From Antechinus flavipes (lineage: Eukaryota), in NCBI RefSeq assembly GCF_016432865.1, contig NC_067403.1, positions 255,502,001-255,566,000 of the forward strand: 64,000 nucleotides of DNA. The letters are read 5' to 3'. This document shows, in pieces, positions 10,416 through 21,469 of this stretch. Under the pieces are notes generated by a model. That model searched no databases. It was not told where the DNA came from and was given only the letters and a program-made list of their open reading frames with translations. How positions within the stretch are numbered: the stretch's first letter is position 1; every line of letters starts with the position of its first letter. Position numbers and translations under genes: made by a program.

Positions 10416-12970
10416 TGCTTCAGGGTGCAGCTAAGGGAACCAAAAGAACATTCAGCATGAGAGAAGGGCCAAAGCTGGGGCCGGGGCTCGGACTCTTGGT
10501 GGCAGGGGAATCAGGGGTGCCCAGGAGAAAGGCCATCCTCCAGAAAGGCAAGCTGAGGCCCCGGGGGCCTTCTCAGCAAGGTCACCCAGCTGGTCCTGGG
10601 GCCCAAGGGTGGAGGCAGGCATTTTCACTGGGCAAGAAACTGGCAGCTGGACCTCTCTGGATCTCCGGTCTTACCCATACAGTGGGGTCTGTGGGGAGAG
10701 GTGGGCAGAGAAGCCCCCCCAGTCAAACCTACTTCAGACACCACACTCTGGGGGACCTGGGTAAGCAGCAGCTTCCGCAGCAATAAATGGGGCCCGTGCC
10801 AGCTGCACCTCTATTTCTATCTGGGGGAGTTCTGAGGAGGTCGCGTGGCAGGGGCAGAAATGTCAGGGTAATGATCTCTGCCACCCGCTGGGCCCCTGGC
10901 CCCCAGGGCACTTGGCCCAGCCCCGGTATGGCATGGTCCCGAGTAGGCAGGGCTGTCTGCGGGCACGGCCCGGCCCTGTCTGCATCCTCTGAGATGCTGA
11001 CACCTCTGAGATGGGAGGATGCAGAGGTGGAGGCTCCAGCCTGGGAGGCCTGAAAGGGCCTAATTGCTGGTAATTGCTGGCTGCCAGTCTCAGCCAGCCC
11101 AGCGCCCGCGCTGACGGCTCCATCTGAGATGGAGACGAGGGCTCTGCACAGACTCCATGTGGCCTCCAGGACCCCAGAGCCCAGGGCCAGCCAGGCCAAG
11201 CAGGGAGGCCCCATGGGTGCCCGGACATCCCTGCCAGGAGAGCTGGCACAGGCAACTGCGAGGGCCCGGAAGGGGAGGGGGCTCCCTAGGGCTGGAATCC
11301 AAGCTTGGGCCCTAATGAGAAAGGCTCTATTCTGTCAGAGAAAACATGGCTCCTTTGTTTCATGAAGGCCCAGAGAACCTGGACATGGCCGGGCCCCGGA
11401 GCTTGGGAGGTCGTGGTGATGATGGTGACCAAGGGGTAGGGAGGGAGAGGAAGAGGAGGAGGAGGAGGAAGGAAAAGGATCTTGCATCCAGAGCTGGAAG
11501 CTGCTGCTCTGCCAGGCCCTGGCTGCTGTTGGGAGTTCGGGGGTACCCAACTGGGTCCTGGGAGCGCCTTCATCTGTGAAATGGGCAGGAATGGAGAAGG
11601 AACTGGACTCCACTCTGGAGGGCCCTGGGGGAGGCCCTCAGTCACCTGTCTGTACAATAGGCCCAGAATTCCCCTCCTCCATCCCAGCTCTGGTCCACCT
11701 TTGCTTCCTCTTCCCCACAGAGATGGTAGTGAGCTGGGGCTGGGGGGGAGGGGGTGTCACCCCAAGTGGTCCCACCCCCTCCCTGCCTACATGCCTGAGG
11801 GCCCAGCTCCAGGAGCAGGAGCAGGGGCTGGGCCTACCTCAGGCCTTGGAGCCACTGCCACCAAACAGAGACACCCAGAGGCCAGAAGGAGGCAAGCAGG
11901 GACCTAGTACCGCCCCTCCCCAGGAGGCCCCACTTCTACCTGGGCCCCGGGGGCAGCCAGTCCCCAGCCCCCAGCTTTACACAGCGGGAAACTGAGGCTC
12001 GAGCTTGCCCCAGGCATCCTCAGATGCGCATTTATAGGTTTGCCAAGCATGATCTCATTCTGTCCTCCCCTTAACCGGGGTGGGGCACGATTTATACCCA
12101 TTTTAGGGCTGAGAAAGCCTAGGCCCAGGCAGGTCACACGGCCAAGATAAACCCAGGACTTCCTGATTCCTGACCTGGGCAAGTCCCGATCCTTCTGGGC
12201 CCTGGCTTTACCGTTGTTGTCAATCGTCATCATTGTGGTTAATTATAAATACTGAATTAAATATTAAATCAAATATTACATAAATATTAAATCAAAATCA
12301 ATTAAATTTTAGAAGAAATCAAAATATAAATTATGGATACATTATAATGCAATAGTTAATAATAATTGTTCCCACAGACATAGCACTTCAAGGTTAACAA
12401 AACACATTTGTTGCAGCAAATTCAGGTGAGTGACCATCTCTGTTCCTCAGTTTCCTCCTCCTGCAAAAGAAAGAGGTCCGCCTGGCCCTGTTCTAGCTGT
12501 GCAGGGCCTGAGAGGCGCCTGGGCCCCGGGGGGAGTCTCAGTCTGCCAGACCCTTTCAGGCTAGTGACAGAAACCTTAGTGAAATGACAGGACCCCCTCT
12601 GGTCACCAGCCTGGTCCTTCATGGGGACAGCGCGCCCCCCCCCCCCCCAGCCACCAGAGCCCCCTCAGGGTGTAGGCTTCCTGAGGCCAGGGGACTTGCT
12701 CCCTTTTGTATCCAGATCCCTGTGACAGGGACCTAGGAAAGAGCGTTTACTTCATGCATTCAATGACTCAGTTTCTGTAAAGGGCACAGCCCTTCCCGTG
12801 ACTCACTGGCACTCCCCCACAATCCCGAGGTCACATTTAAAGGGAACGGGGCAATCATTCACTAGCGTTAATGGGAGAGCCCAGCTGGTGTGCCTGGGTG
12901 GAAGGGAATCATGTCTGAAGAGCCTCTTCCCTTATGAAGATTATTTTATGTATAAACATTATTAAAAACA

Positions 12971-13170
12971 GGCAGCTAGAGGGTGCAGTGGTCAGAGCAC
13001 TAGGCCCAACATCAGAGAGCCCCGAGTTCACTTTCTACCAGTTTGACGCTTAACCCTACTTGCCTCAGTTTCCTCATCTGTAAAATGGCAAACCACTCCA
13101 GTATCTCTGACAAAAAAAAAAAAAAACAAAAAACCCAAATGGGGTCATGGAGAATAGGAGACGACTAAAT
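12971..13170 (+). mobile_element. MAR1-like CORE-SINE
   Basis: tRNA-like head ggcagctagagggtgcagtgg, core gcctcagtttcctcatctgtaaaatgg, and RTE-like tail caaaccactccagtatc..aaaacccaaatggggtca. Confidence 0.7.
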
Positions 13171-13399
13171 TGATTTTTTAAAAAACAAAGCAATATACGA
13201 ACTGTACTTTCAGTCCATTTACTGCAGCTTGTCATTAGCCAGTAGAAAAAGTATTTTATATTCTATCGAGTTGGGCAAGTGATTATACGGCTGAAGATAA
13301 AAACGAATTTTCTATTTTTGCAAGAGAGTAAACTTCTCCCTCCATTTTTAAAATCATATTTTTGTAAGTTAGAGTTTTGACTTCTTACTTGCTTTATTT

Positions 13400-13650
13400 T
13401 CTCATTTCCCCCTTTTTAATAGGATCTTTCTTGTGCAGCGTGATCAGTGTGGATATATGCACAGAAGAATTACTCATTTAACACATTGGAGAAAGAGGAA
13501 AAAAAAAAGAAAAAACCGCAAATATTGGATTACTTGCTATCTAGGAGAGGGGGAAGGAGGGAAGGGAGGGAGGAAAACATTTGGATCACAAGGTTTAATG
13601 TTGAAAACTATCTTCTCATATATTCTGAAAATGAAAAATTATTATTATGG
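13400..13650 (+). mobile_element. Marsupial L1 3' end fragment
   Basis: attggattacttgctatctaggagagggg..acaaggtttaatgttgaaaactatc resembles the marsupial L1 3' UTR. Confidence 0.6.
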
Positions 13651-15023
13651 GGGGAAAAAAAACAGAACACAAAAAGAAACTCGAAGCAGAACCCAGGTTT
13701 CAGACGGTTTGGTACGACGGAGTCTAATATTTCAAACCCTTTCCCAAATTTGAAAAGCCTAACATTTAAATTGTTTAGACACGATTATTATATTACATTA
13801 AACATCATCCAAATTGTAACTTATTTAAAGGGTTTTTATATCCAACAAAATGTGCAAAAACAGGAAATTTAATATGAAATCTTACAGATAATAGTCAGCA
13901 TAAAAGGCCTTGCTGGATTCCTTCTTTTAATTCTTACAAAATGTCCCACATAGAAGTATTTGTAATTATTTTATGAAGAGGTTTATAATTCGATTTTTAG
14001 AGCTTTCATAAGTGCAACTGGAATACAATTTTATATTTGATGATTACAAAATGTTCTTTTTAATTTGGAGGGTTGTTTGGGCAAAAGTTATTTAAGTGCT
14101 TAAAGACGAAATCTAAAAGAACGTTATGAGTAGTATATTCAATTATCCTAGTGGTCCATGGCCCGGTTTGTATTGTTGTGGAGAGGGATTTGAGGAGCAA
14201 AAAGTTGCCTTAGTGTACCCGCACACAGTAAGTGCTTAATAAATGCTTCTTGACTAACTTCAGTTTGTACAGTTTTCCTCTTCTCCAGCATTCTCTGGCT
14301 GTAATTGGTGAGGAGAAAAGGTGCTATGTGCTCCCTCTGCTCCCAGGCCTTCACTCTGGGGTCTTGGATGGCTGTAATCGGTGGAGGAGGGCCAATATCA
14401 CTTTATGATTGACCGAGGGCTTTCTCCCATAAAGACAGTAAAGGCTGTTCTCCTGGCCTTGGCCGGACCCTGTAACATATTCCCAGAGTCCCAGGGCCCA
14501 TCCTTTGTACAGATGGCCATTAGCTCCATAAAACAAAGATAGATGGCATCATTAAATTTGTTCTTGTCCTAGAGCTCAGATTTAACTCTGTAGCCACCTG
14601 ATCCATCATCCTGGCTCTGAGCTTTATCTGGGCTAAATGGATCCTCTGAGCTTCCTATTTGCCCCTTCTTATACCAGGGGCCTCAAGGTCATTACTGCTG
14701 TGTGGAGGCAGGCAAAGGTCTGCCGATGACCCATGTCCTTTATGGGACCGGCTGTGGGATGCTGGGAGAGTCTTTAAATCTCTTTTAAGAGCATAAGGGC
14801 TGAAAAAAAATTTCATTTAAATATTTTTAAAGAAAAGAGAATAAGTTTAAAAAGAAAATTTTAAAAAGAAGAAAAAGTCTAAGTTCTAGATAAGATGACA
14901 CTGACCAGCAGCAGAAAATGGACTTTCCTTTTGTTCAAAAGCACATGAAATGATGTCTCTTGTTGCTTTCGAGCCTTTCTCTGCTTCTCTGAAGAGAGCC
15001 TGTAAACCGTCCACCTCTCGTTT

Positions 15024-15565
15024 TGTTATGCCACAGTTTTCTTTAACTGTCCTGACTCAGTTTCCCTGTCTCAGTTACCTTAACTGTTCTGTCTCTGACC
15101 TAGTAAAACTAAGGATTATTCGCTCTTGGGTTATAAATTAGCAAGATAAAAGAGTAGATCTCCTGATTCTTTTATGGGATTTACAATATTCCTTAAAATA
15201 TTCCAAGATCAACCCATGATATCTTTACTTCTTTGTCTCTGGAATTTTTAGGTTTTATGGCTTCCCCTCCCTGATAAAAAAACTTTCCCTCCCTTTCTCT
15301 TCTTTGTCTCCAAAAATGTATTTAAGAAGTTGTTGTTCCTCCATTCATTGCTGGAGAATGGCATCTGGCAGCTGTATGATGGACGCTGGATTCTTTGGGT
15401 CCTCCAGCCCTGGGACCAATATGGATTCCTGGGTCCCAGTATACTTATCTCTGTCTGACTGGATAATCTGAGACAAGAGTCCTGTCCAGTCAATCTTACT
15501 CTCCCATTAATAAAAATATTAAAACTCTCTAATCTCTCTCCTGCCTCAGTTTCTCTGGCATTACA
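15024..15565 (+). mobile_element. Solo ERV LTR (542 bp)
   Basis: TG...CA termini. Imperfect inverted ends TGTTATGCCACAG / CTCTGGCATTACA (11 of 13 match). 4-bp target-site duplication GTTT (15020-15023 and 15566-15569). AATAAA near the 3' end. Confidence 0.85.
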
Positions 15566-15809
15566 GTTTGACATCCTTTTTTCTTTTCGTTTTATTTATT
15601 TATGGTGAGAAATCACCTCTGATAAAACTCCATCCACTGGTCTCTAGACCAGGCTAGAGTATCAGCAGCTCAGTTAATGTTGCCAGCCTAAAAACTGTAT
15701 TTCTTGACACCCTTGCCTCCTCTCCCAACACTCTCTGAGTCTTGCCAGAGGAGACGCCATTTTATTTCTTCATTCTTTTCTCCTTTCATGGGTTTCCATG
15801 GCCAAAGAT

Positions 15810-15960
15810 TCTTTTTTTTTTTTTTTTTTGGTCAATTTATTTATTTTTAAAACACATTGCTTTATGAATCATGTCGGGAGAGAAAAACCAGAGCAAAAGG
15901 GAAAAACCATGAAAGAGGGGGAAAAAAACAGAAAAAGAAGTGAACATAGCATGTGTGGCC
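15810..15960 (-). mobile_element. Marsupial L1 3' UTR fragment
   Basis: Poly-T followed by acacattgctttatgaatcatgtcgggagagaaaaaccagagcaaaaggg; similar to the 9255-9320 copy. Confidence 0.65.
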
Positions 15961-17451
15961 CAAGAATCATCACCGTGACACGACGGACAGAAGAGTGGAC
16001 TGAAACACTTCTCCACTGAGGGCAGGCTCAGCTCCTCTTTGGTTCTGGGAACAAATCCCTTCTCCTCATCTAGCTCCCAGAACCCTTTCCCACCCAGCCC
16101 CAAGCTATGGTGTCAGCTCTGTCCCTCCTGCCTTCCTGTCCAGCTCGAGCTCCTTTGCGGGGGGACTCCCACACTGCAGGAGGATTTTAGTTAAAGCTCT
16201 CTAAGGGCAGGGACGGTAGCCCAGTGTCTGGCACAGAGCAGGCACTTAACACTAGGAGGTCCGCCGGGCTCAGACTCGGAGATCCAGAAGGATCTTATCC
16301 CCGACACGGACTGGGTGATCATGGGCAAACTACTTAGAACTTTGGTCTCCTCTTCTGGAAAGTGGAGATAATGATACAAACTGGATGTACCTTCAGGAAA
16401 GTTTCTGATGAAACCTTGCAAGTCCTAATGGGCAGAAAGATGAGCAGAGACTAGTATGACCTCAGCCTCTTTCTGAAAATCCAGCTCCCTTTCCACTGCA
16501 CCCTGCCTGGGGGGGGAGGGGAGAGTAGCTCATGATCCAGGCCCCACCCCCTGGGAGCCCCTCGCCTTCACAAGCCCCAGCCCCGTGTCACACATTCTCC
16601 CCAGTCATCCCGATTCAAGGAAAGGGAGCGAGACTTTATAAAAGGAAGTGCTTTTGTCAAACCAGGTGTCCTGATTTTTGCATTTGGAAAACTAGGGCAC
16701 GGAATGCTTCAACTGAGGTTCAGGGGCTCCCCTGGGGATGGGGTCTGCCCATCGATCAATCAATTGTACACGTGTATCTCTAAAAAAATCACTGCAAATC
16801 TACATATGTGGATGTACAAGGACTCAGATATGTCTAACTAGAGACGGAGATGGGGAGCAACGGAGGGAGAAAAGGGAGGAGGAAGAGGAGGAAGCCATCG
16901 GTAGGGGTGCGGGCAGCCCGGTGACTCGGTAAATACAGTACCAGGCCTGAATTAAAACCCAGTCTCCAACACTAGCTCTATGACCCTGGCTGCCCCTGTT
17001 TACCTCAGTTTCCCAAACTGTAAAATGAACCACAGAAGGAAACGGCAAACAGCTTCAGACTCTTTTCCAAGAAAACCCCAAATGGCGCCACTATTGCACA
17101 CTATTGACCTTGAAGAGGGGCTGCAATCTCTCTGCCCTGGGGGGTGGGCCAGATTCCAGAGCTAACCAGTCACTGCCCATCTCACCTGAGCACACTTGCA
17201 ATGCAAGAATTGCAGGAATCCTGAATTAAGTCTGAATGAAGAGCAGTTTAGGACGTTTAAATTTCATCCTAGGAACCGTGGGCTCTTCGTTTTAGAGCTC
17301 ATTTTTTAGTTTTCAGTTGGGGAAACTGAGGCAGGGGTGAGGTCATACCTAGAGGGTCACAGCCACCTAGTGTCTGAGGCCGGATTAAGGTCTCCCGGGC
17401 TCCAGGCCCGGGCCTTCGGCCACAGACCTTGGTGAGGACTTCCATGCTAGG

Positions 17452-17962
17452 TGTGGTGGACAGAGAAACTGATACATATTAATTCCTTTGGAAGAAGGCT
17501 CTGAAAAGGAGATGAGCTTAGGCCCTGGTCCCACCCCGTCCAGGTAATCCAATCAGAATGCAAGTTCTCCCAAGAGCCTGAGGCTAAATGTCCCCATAAG
17601 CCAATTTCCGGCAGGTGCCTTTCTTTGCCCCCCCCCCCCCAGCACCCACCTCGTGGTGTCCTTCCCCCTCCCTCCCCCCTAGCCCCAGTTCGCCCCCTTA
17701 CAGCTAACCAGCTCTTTCAGGTCCCTTTCAGGATGCCCCCACCTCATGGGCTCCCTTTCCCCTGGGAATTCCTGAGTTCCCCTGAGGACCCCGTCCTCCC
17801 ATGCTCTCCCCCTCTATTTCATTTCTACCCCTCCCCGTGTCTATTGTATCCCTTCATTTTGTCAGTGACCTCTCCCCTAAATAAAGCTACCTTTTGCCAG
17901 AGAGAATGCCCATTGGGAATCCTTCCCATGACCGACCCCAACTTTGGGGGCCAAACCCCACA
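17452..17962 (+). mobile_element. Probable solo LTR
   Basis: TGTGG...CCACA inverted ends, internal CCAATCAG, and AATAAA at ~17880. No clean target-site duplication found. Confidence 0.55.
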
Positions 17963-18946
17963 ACCTAGATCGCATCACCCTGAAACGGGTTAGTTTTGTA
18001 GGCCTCGACTTTCTGCTCTGTAAAACGGGCTGGTAACCTATACTGATCCTTCTGGCCTCACAGGGCATTGGAGTGTGCTCTCCCCGGCTGGGCCCTGGCT
18101 CCTGAGGATCCCCAGTGGGGGCCCCAGTTATGGCCGGGATCCTTGCTCCCCAGGCCTGGCCCCATCTGCGGGTGGGGGAGAGCTTGTCCAATGCACCAGC
18201 TAGGAGCCCCGGGGCATGGGGGGAGCGCCGGCCGAAGACTTGCCCAGCTCCACATCCGGGGGAGGCAGGCAAGGCAGAGAGCCCGGGGTTTGGCCCTTGG
18301 AGAGGCTTCTGCGCTTCCCCAGGCCCCACAGGGGCCTCCTGATCGGCAGCCTCACTTCCTGCTTCTCCTGGGCCTCCCCGGAGGCTTCCCAGACCGAGGG
18401 CTCACAGGCTCCGCTGGGGCTCCCGCTGCCGGCATCACACAGGCGGCTCAGGAGCCCCGGCTGGGGCTGACCTTGGCTCAGCGGCTCCTGACTCCCCAAC
18501 ATCCGGGCCGCCTGCGGTCCCGCCCTCCAGCCTGGGGCTCCAGCCCCTCATTTACGGCGCTACCTACCGCCAAGGGCAGAACAACGACCAGAGGCATGGG
18601 CCAAGTACAAAGACCATTGTGCCCATCTTACAGGGGAATAAACTGAGGCAGAGAAGCAAAGTGACTCCGGGCTCAACCTAACTGTGGTACTTGTAAGCCC
18701 CTGGGGGGGAGGGGGGGCTGAGGGTCCTGCCAGGGCCAGACAGCGAGCCTTTATTAAGCGCAGCGCGCAGGTGGCGGCACACAGCGGGCGCTTCGGTTTA
18801 TTGACTTCCATTAAGTGCTCGCCAAGCCCCTCTCCCCGAGGGCGGGCCCTGCCCTCCTCAAGCTTACAACTGAATGCGGTGACTCTGAAGCCGCCCCCCG
18901 GAAGCCCCGAGAGCCCCCCAAAGGGGAAGCCACTGCAGGGAGTCAC

Positions 18947-19070
18947 CTTTGGTGAGGAGGACGCCCCAGGGGCCGAGGGTGGCGCAGAAAGCCCGAAGCC
19001 GTCCCTGTGGTTATTAGTGTGAAGACACCGGGCCTCCGCCGCGACATCCCGCGGCCTTGGCTACGGTCTG
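18947..19070 (-). promoter_or_regulatory. Probable MAJIN TSS / non-coding first exon in a CpG-rich segment
   Basis: Donor AAG|GTGACT with the exon ending at 18947. A 5'UTR acceptor precedes the coding exon at 10430. Lies directly downstream of the CCAAT array. TSS position is inferred. Confidence 0.45.
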
Positions 19071-19072
19071 CA

Positions 19073-19431
19073 AAGTGAGGGCGCCTCCCTTACGGCCAAT
19101 CAGAACGTCAGGAAAGTGAGGGCGCCTCCCTTAGGGCCAATCAGAACTCCAGGAAAGTAAGTGAGAGCGCCTCCCTTACGGCCAATCAGAACGTCGAGAA
19201 AGTGAGGGAGACTCCTTTCAGCCAATCAGAACGTCGAGAAAGTGAGGGAGACTCCTTTCGGCCAATCAGAATGTCAGGAAAGTGAGGGCGCCTCCCTTAG
19301 GGCCAATCAGAACGTCGAGAAAGTGAGGGAGACTCCTTTCGGCCAATCAGAATGTCAGGAAAGTGAGGGCGCCTCCCTTAGGGCCAATCAGAACGTCGAG
19401 AAAGCGAGGGTGCCTCCCTTTCGGCCAATCA
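19073..19431. repeat. ~41-bp minisatellite carrying nine RGCCAATCA (NF-Y) boxes
   Basis: CCAAT starts at 19096, 19137, 19182, 19222, 19262, 19303, 19343, 19384 and 19425. Unit approx. gaaagtgaggg(cgcc/agac)tcc(c)tt(a/t)(g/c)ggccaatcagaa(c/t)gtc. Confidence 0.95.
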
Positions 19432-20137
19432 CAGGATTTTCTGTGAAAATGGATCCTTGAGACTGGCTTTCCTGAAATCCGCTTTTCCAGCTCATTCCCT
19501 CCCCCAAGCAGCCCCATAGCAGAACTCTTGACTTGGAGCCAGGCCAGAGCTGCCCCAGCTGTCCCCTAACACCCCCTCCCCCCCTCCCCCCCCATAAAGT
19601 AAGTGACTTGTCCAGGGTCGCACAGCCGGGAGGCGGGATTTGAAGCTGGCCCCGGGCCCAGGACTCCACCCTGGAGACCCGTCTTGCTGGGTACAGACGT
19701 CATCTTCACAGATAAGAGATACAGGATGAGGTGAGGGAATGACTGGGCCTCCATCTTTGCCCATTTTATTTCTTCCTGGGGGGAGGGGAATGGAGGCTGC
19801 AGATGGCAGGGAGGCGGCAATAGGAGGCTGGAGGGAGGCTGGCCTCCCTCGCCGTCCGGTAGGGAGCTCCCCGGCCCTGAGCATCCCTGGGGCTCCTCAC
19901 TCCGGTCGGGTTGGCCGGACGCCCCCTCTCGGCTGCTTTCTCCGGGCGTGGCTCCCTCCTCTGGACCTCGCCCGGCCGCCCCCCCCCCCCCCAAGGCAGG
20001 GCTCCTCCAGCAGGGGCCAACGCGAGCAGGCCTGCAGCCCCCAAACCCCCTGCAGCGCCCCCTGGGGACCCCAAAGCCCGTTGGTTTCCGGGCTGCGCAG
20101 CTGGAAGAAGAGGCCGGACCGACTGAGGAAGCTTCTG

Positions 20138-20143
20138 TTTAAT
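20138..20143 (-). terminator. Candidate BATF2 polyadenylation signal (ATTAAA)
   Basis: ATTAAA on the minus strand about 1.3 kb past the BATF2 stop; assignment is inferred. Confidence 0.4.
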
Positions 20144-21469
20144 TTCTATGATGCCCCCCAGACTCCCGGCAGGGGGCCTGACACCTGCCCATAGCGCAGA
20201 CGCACCCACTTTGGAGCCCGAGGCAGGCCCCTGCCCAGCGCCTGGGCCGGGGCTCAGACTCCGGGTGGCCGGGCCCAGGCCCAGGCTGGGCGGGGCCGTT
20301 TCGGAGGTCTGGCCCAGCGTGGCGGCTGCGGCTCCGGGCCTCTGCGGCCTGGGGTGAGGCTCCCGGTCTGGGAGGCCGGCTGGGTGCTGGGGGGGAGGGG
20401 GAAGGGGGGAAGCAGTCTCCTTGGGAGCCTCTCGCTGGGAGCAGAGCTCATTTCTTCTCCTCGTCCACGGCCTCCCCTCGCTGCCCTCCGCTTGGCATTC
20501 AAAGCCTTTTGTCGCCTCCCATCTTCTCACCCCTCACTGCCCAGCCTGGACCCTCGTTCTGAATAGCTGCTCCGTGAGCAGGAGCCTCGGTCCCTCAGCC
20601 CTGGGCATCCTCTCGGGGGCTCCCGCCCCGACCTCCCTGCCCCCTCTGGGCTTTCCCGCTCCTTTCCGGTGCCTCCCCTCGGCCGATCGGCCCCAGGATC
20701 CCCGAGACATCCCGCTGGCCCGGAGCCGTTTGCGCGTTGTTCCCTGTTTGGGGGGGGGAGCCCCCAGAGGCGGGGCGCTTTCTGTCCCTGGCACCAGCAG
20801 GGCGCGGTGAGTGTCTGGACTGGCCTAGAACCAGGAGAGGCAGAGGGCCCGCAGCCCCCAGCCCGGCTTCCTGCCTCCGCCTTTTCCCGCGGCGTTTCCC
20901 CCCTGTCCGGCATCGGGGCAATGAGAAGACTCGGAGAAGACTCGGAGAACCACGGGCCGGAGTTGCTGCGAAGGCCGGACCACAGCCGGCCACTGGTTGG
21001 AGAAACCGAGGCGCAGAAAGGGGACACGGTGGGGGCAGAAGCGAGGATTCTCTGGCTGACCCCCGCAATGTCTCAGACACAGGCCCGAGCGGAGCCCACC
21101 AGCGGATTCTGTCCTCGGCCGTCGGGGGGGCGCCAGAGCCTGCGGGAATTCTGCCACTGGGCCAAGGAGGGGCCGGCTGGGCAGGATCGCGGACCTCGTG
21201 TCCCAGGTGGGCCGACCAGGCCCCCAGAGAGGAAGCCCTCCCCGGCCCTCCCCAGGCTCAGCAGCTTGTTCTCCGGGTCAGGGTTCTGCGGATGGAGGAG
21301 CCAGGATGAGGGAAGGAAGCTGGGCCGGCCGGATGCAGCCTCCAATCCCAGGCCAGGGCGGAGGTCGGAGCCTCAGTGGGACACGCTGGGACGCAGAGTC
21401 GGGCAGGGGGCAGCGGGAGAGCCCTCGGTGGGGGGGGGGGGGGGCTGGAGGGCCCTGCACGCGCTCTTC

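Noticed and set aside
12971-13010. tRNA-like sequences at SINE heads (also 26150-26195 and 47390-47435)
   Set aside because: These are tRNA-derived SINE 5' ends continuing into CORE/WSINE bodies, with no full cloverleaf.
13690-14110. AT-rich ORFs 13433-13753 and 13447-13872 as a possible transposase
   Set aside because: They begin in an L1 3' UTR and poly-A tract, and I could not identify a DDE or other domain motif. Needs RepeatMasker.
19073-19431. CRISPR-like appearance of the regularly spaced repeat
   Set aside because: The whole unit is repeated with no unique spacers, there are no cas genes, and the context is mammalian. It is a minisatellite.
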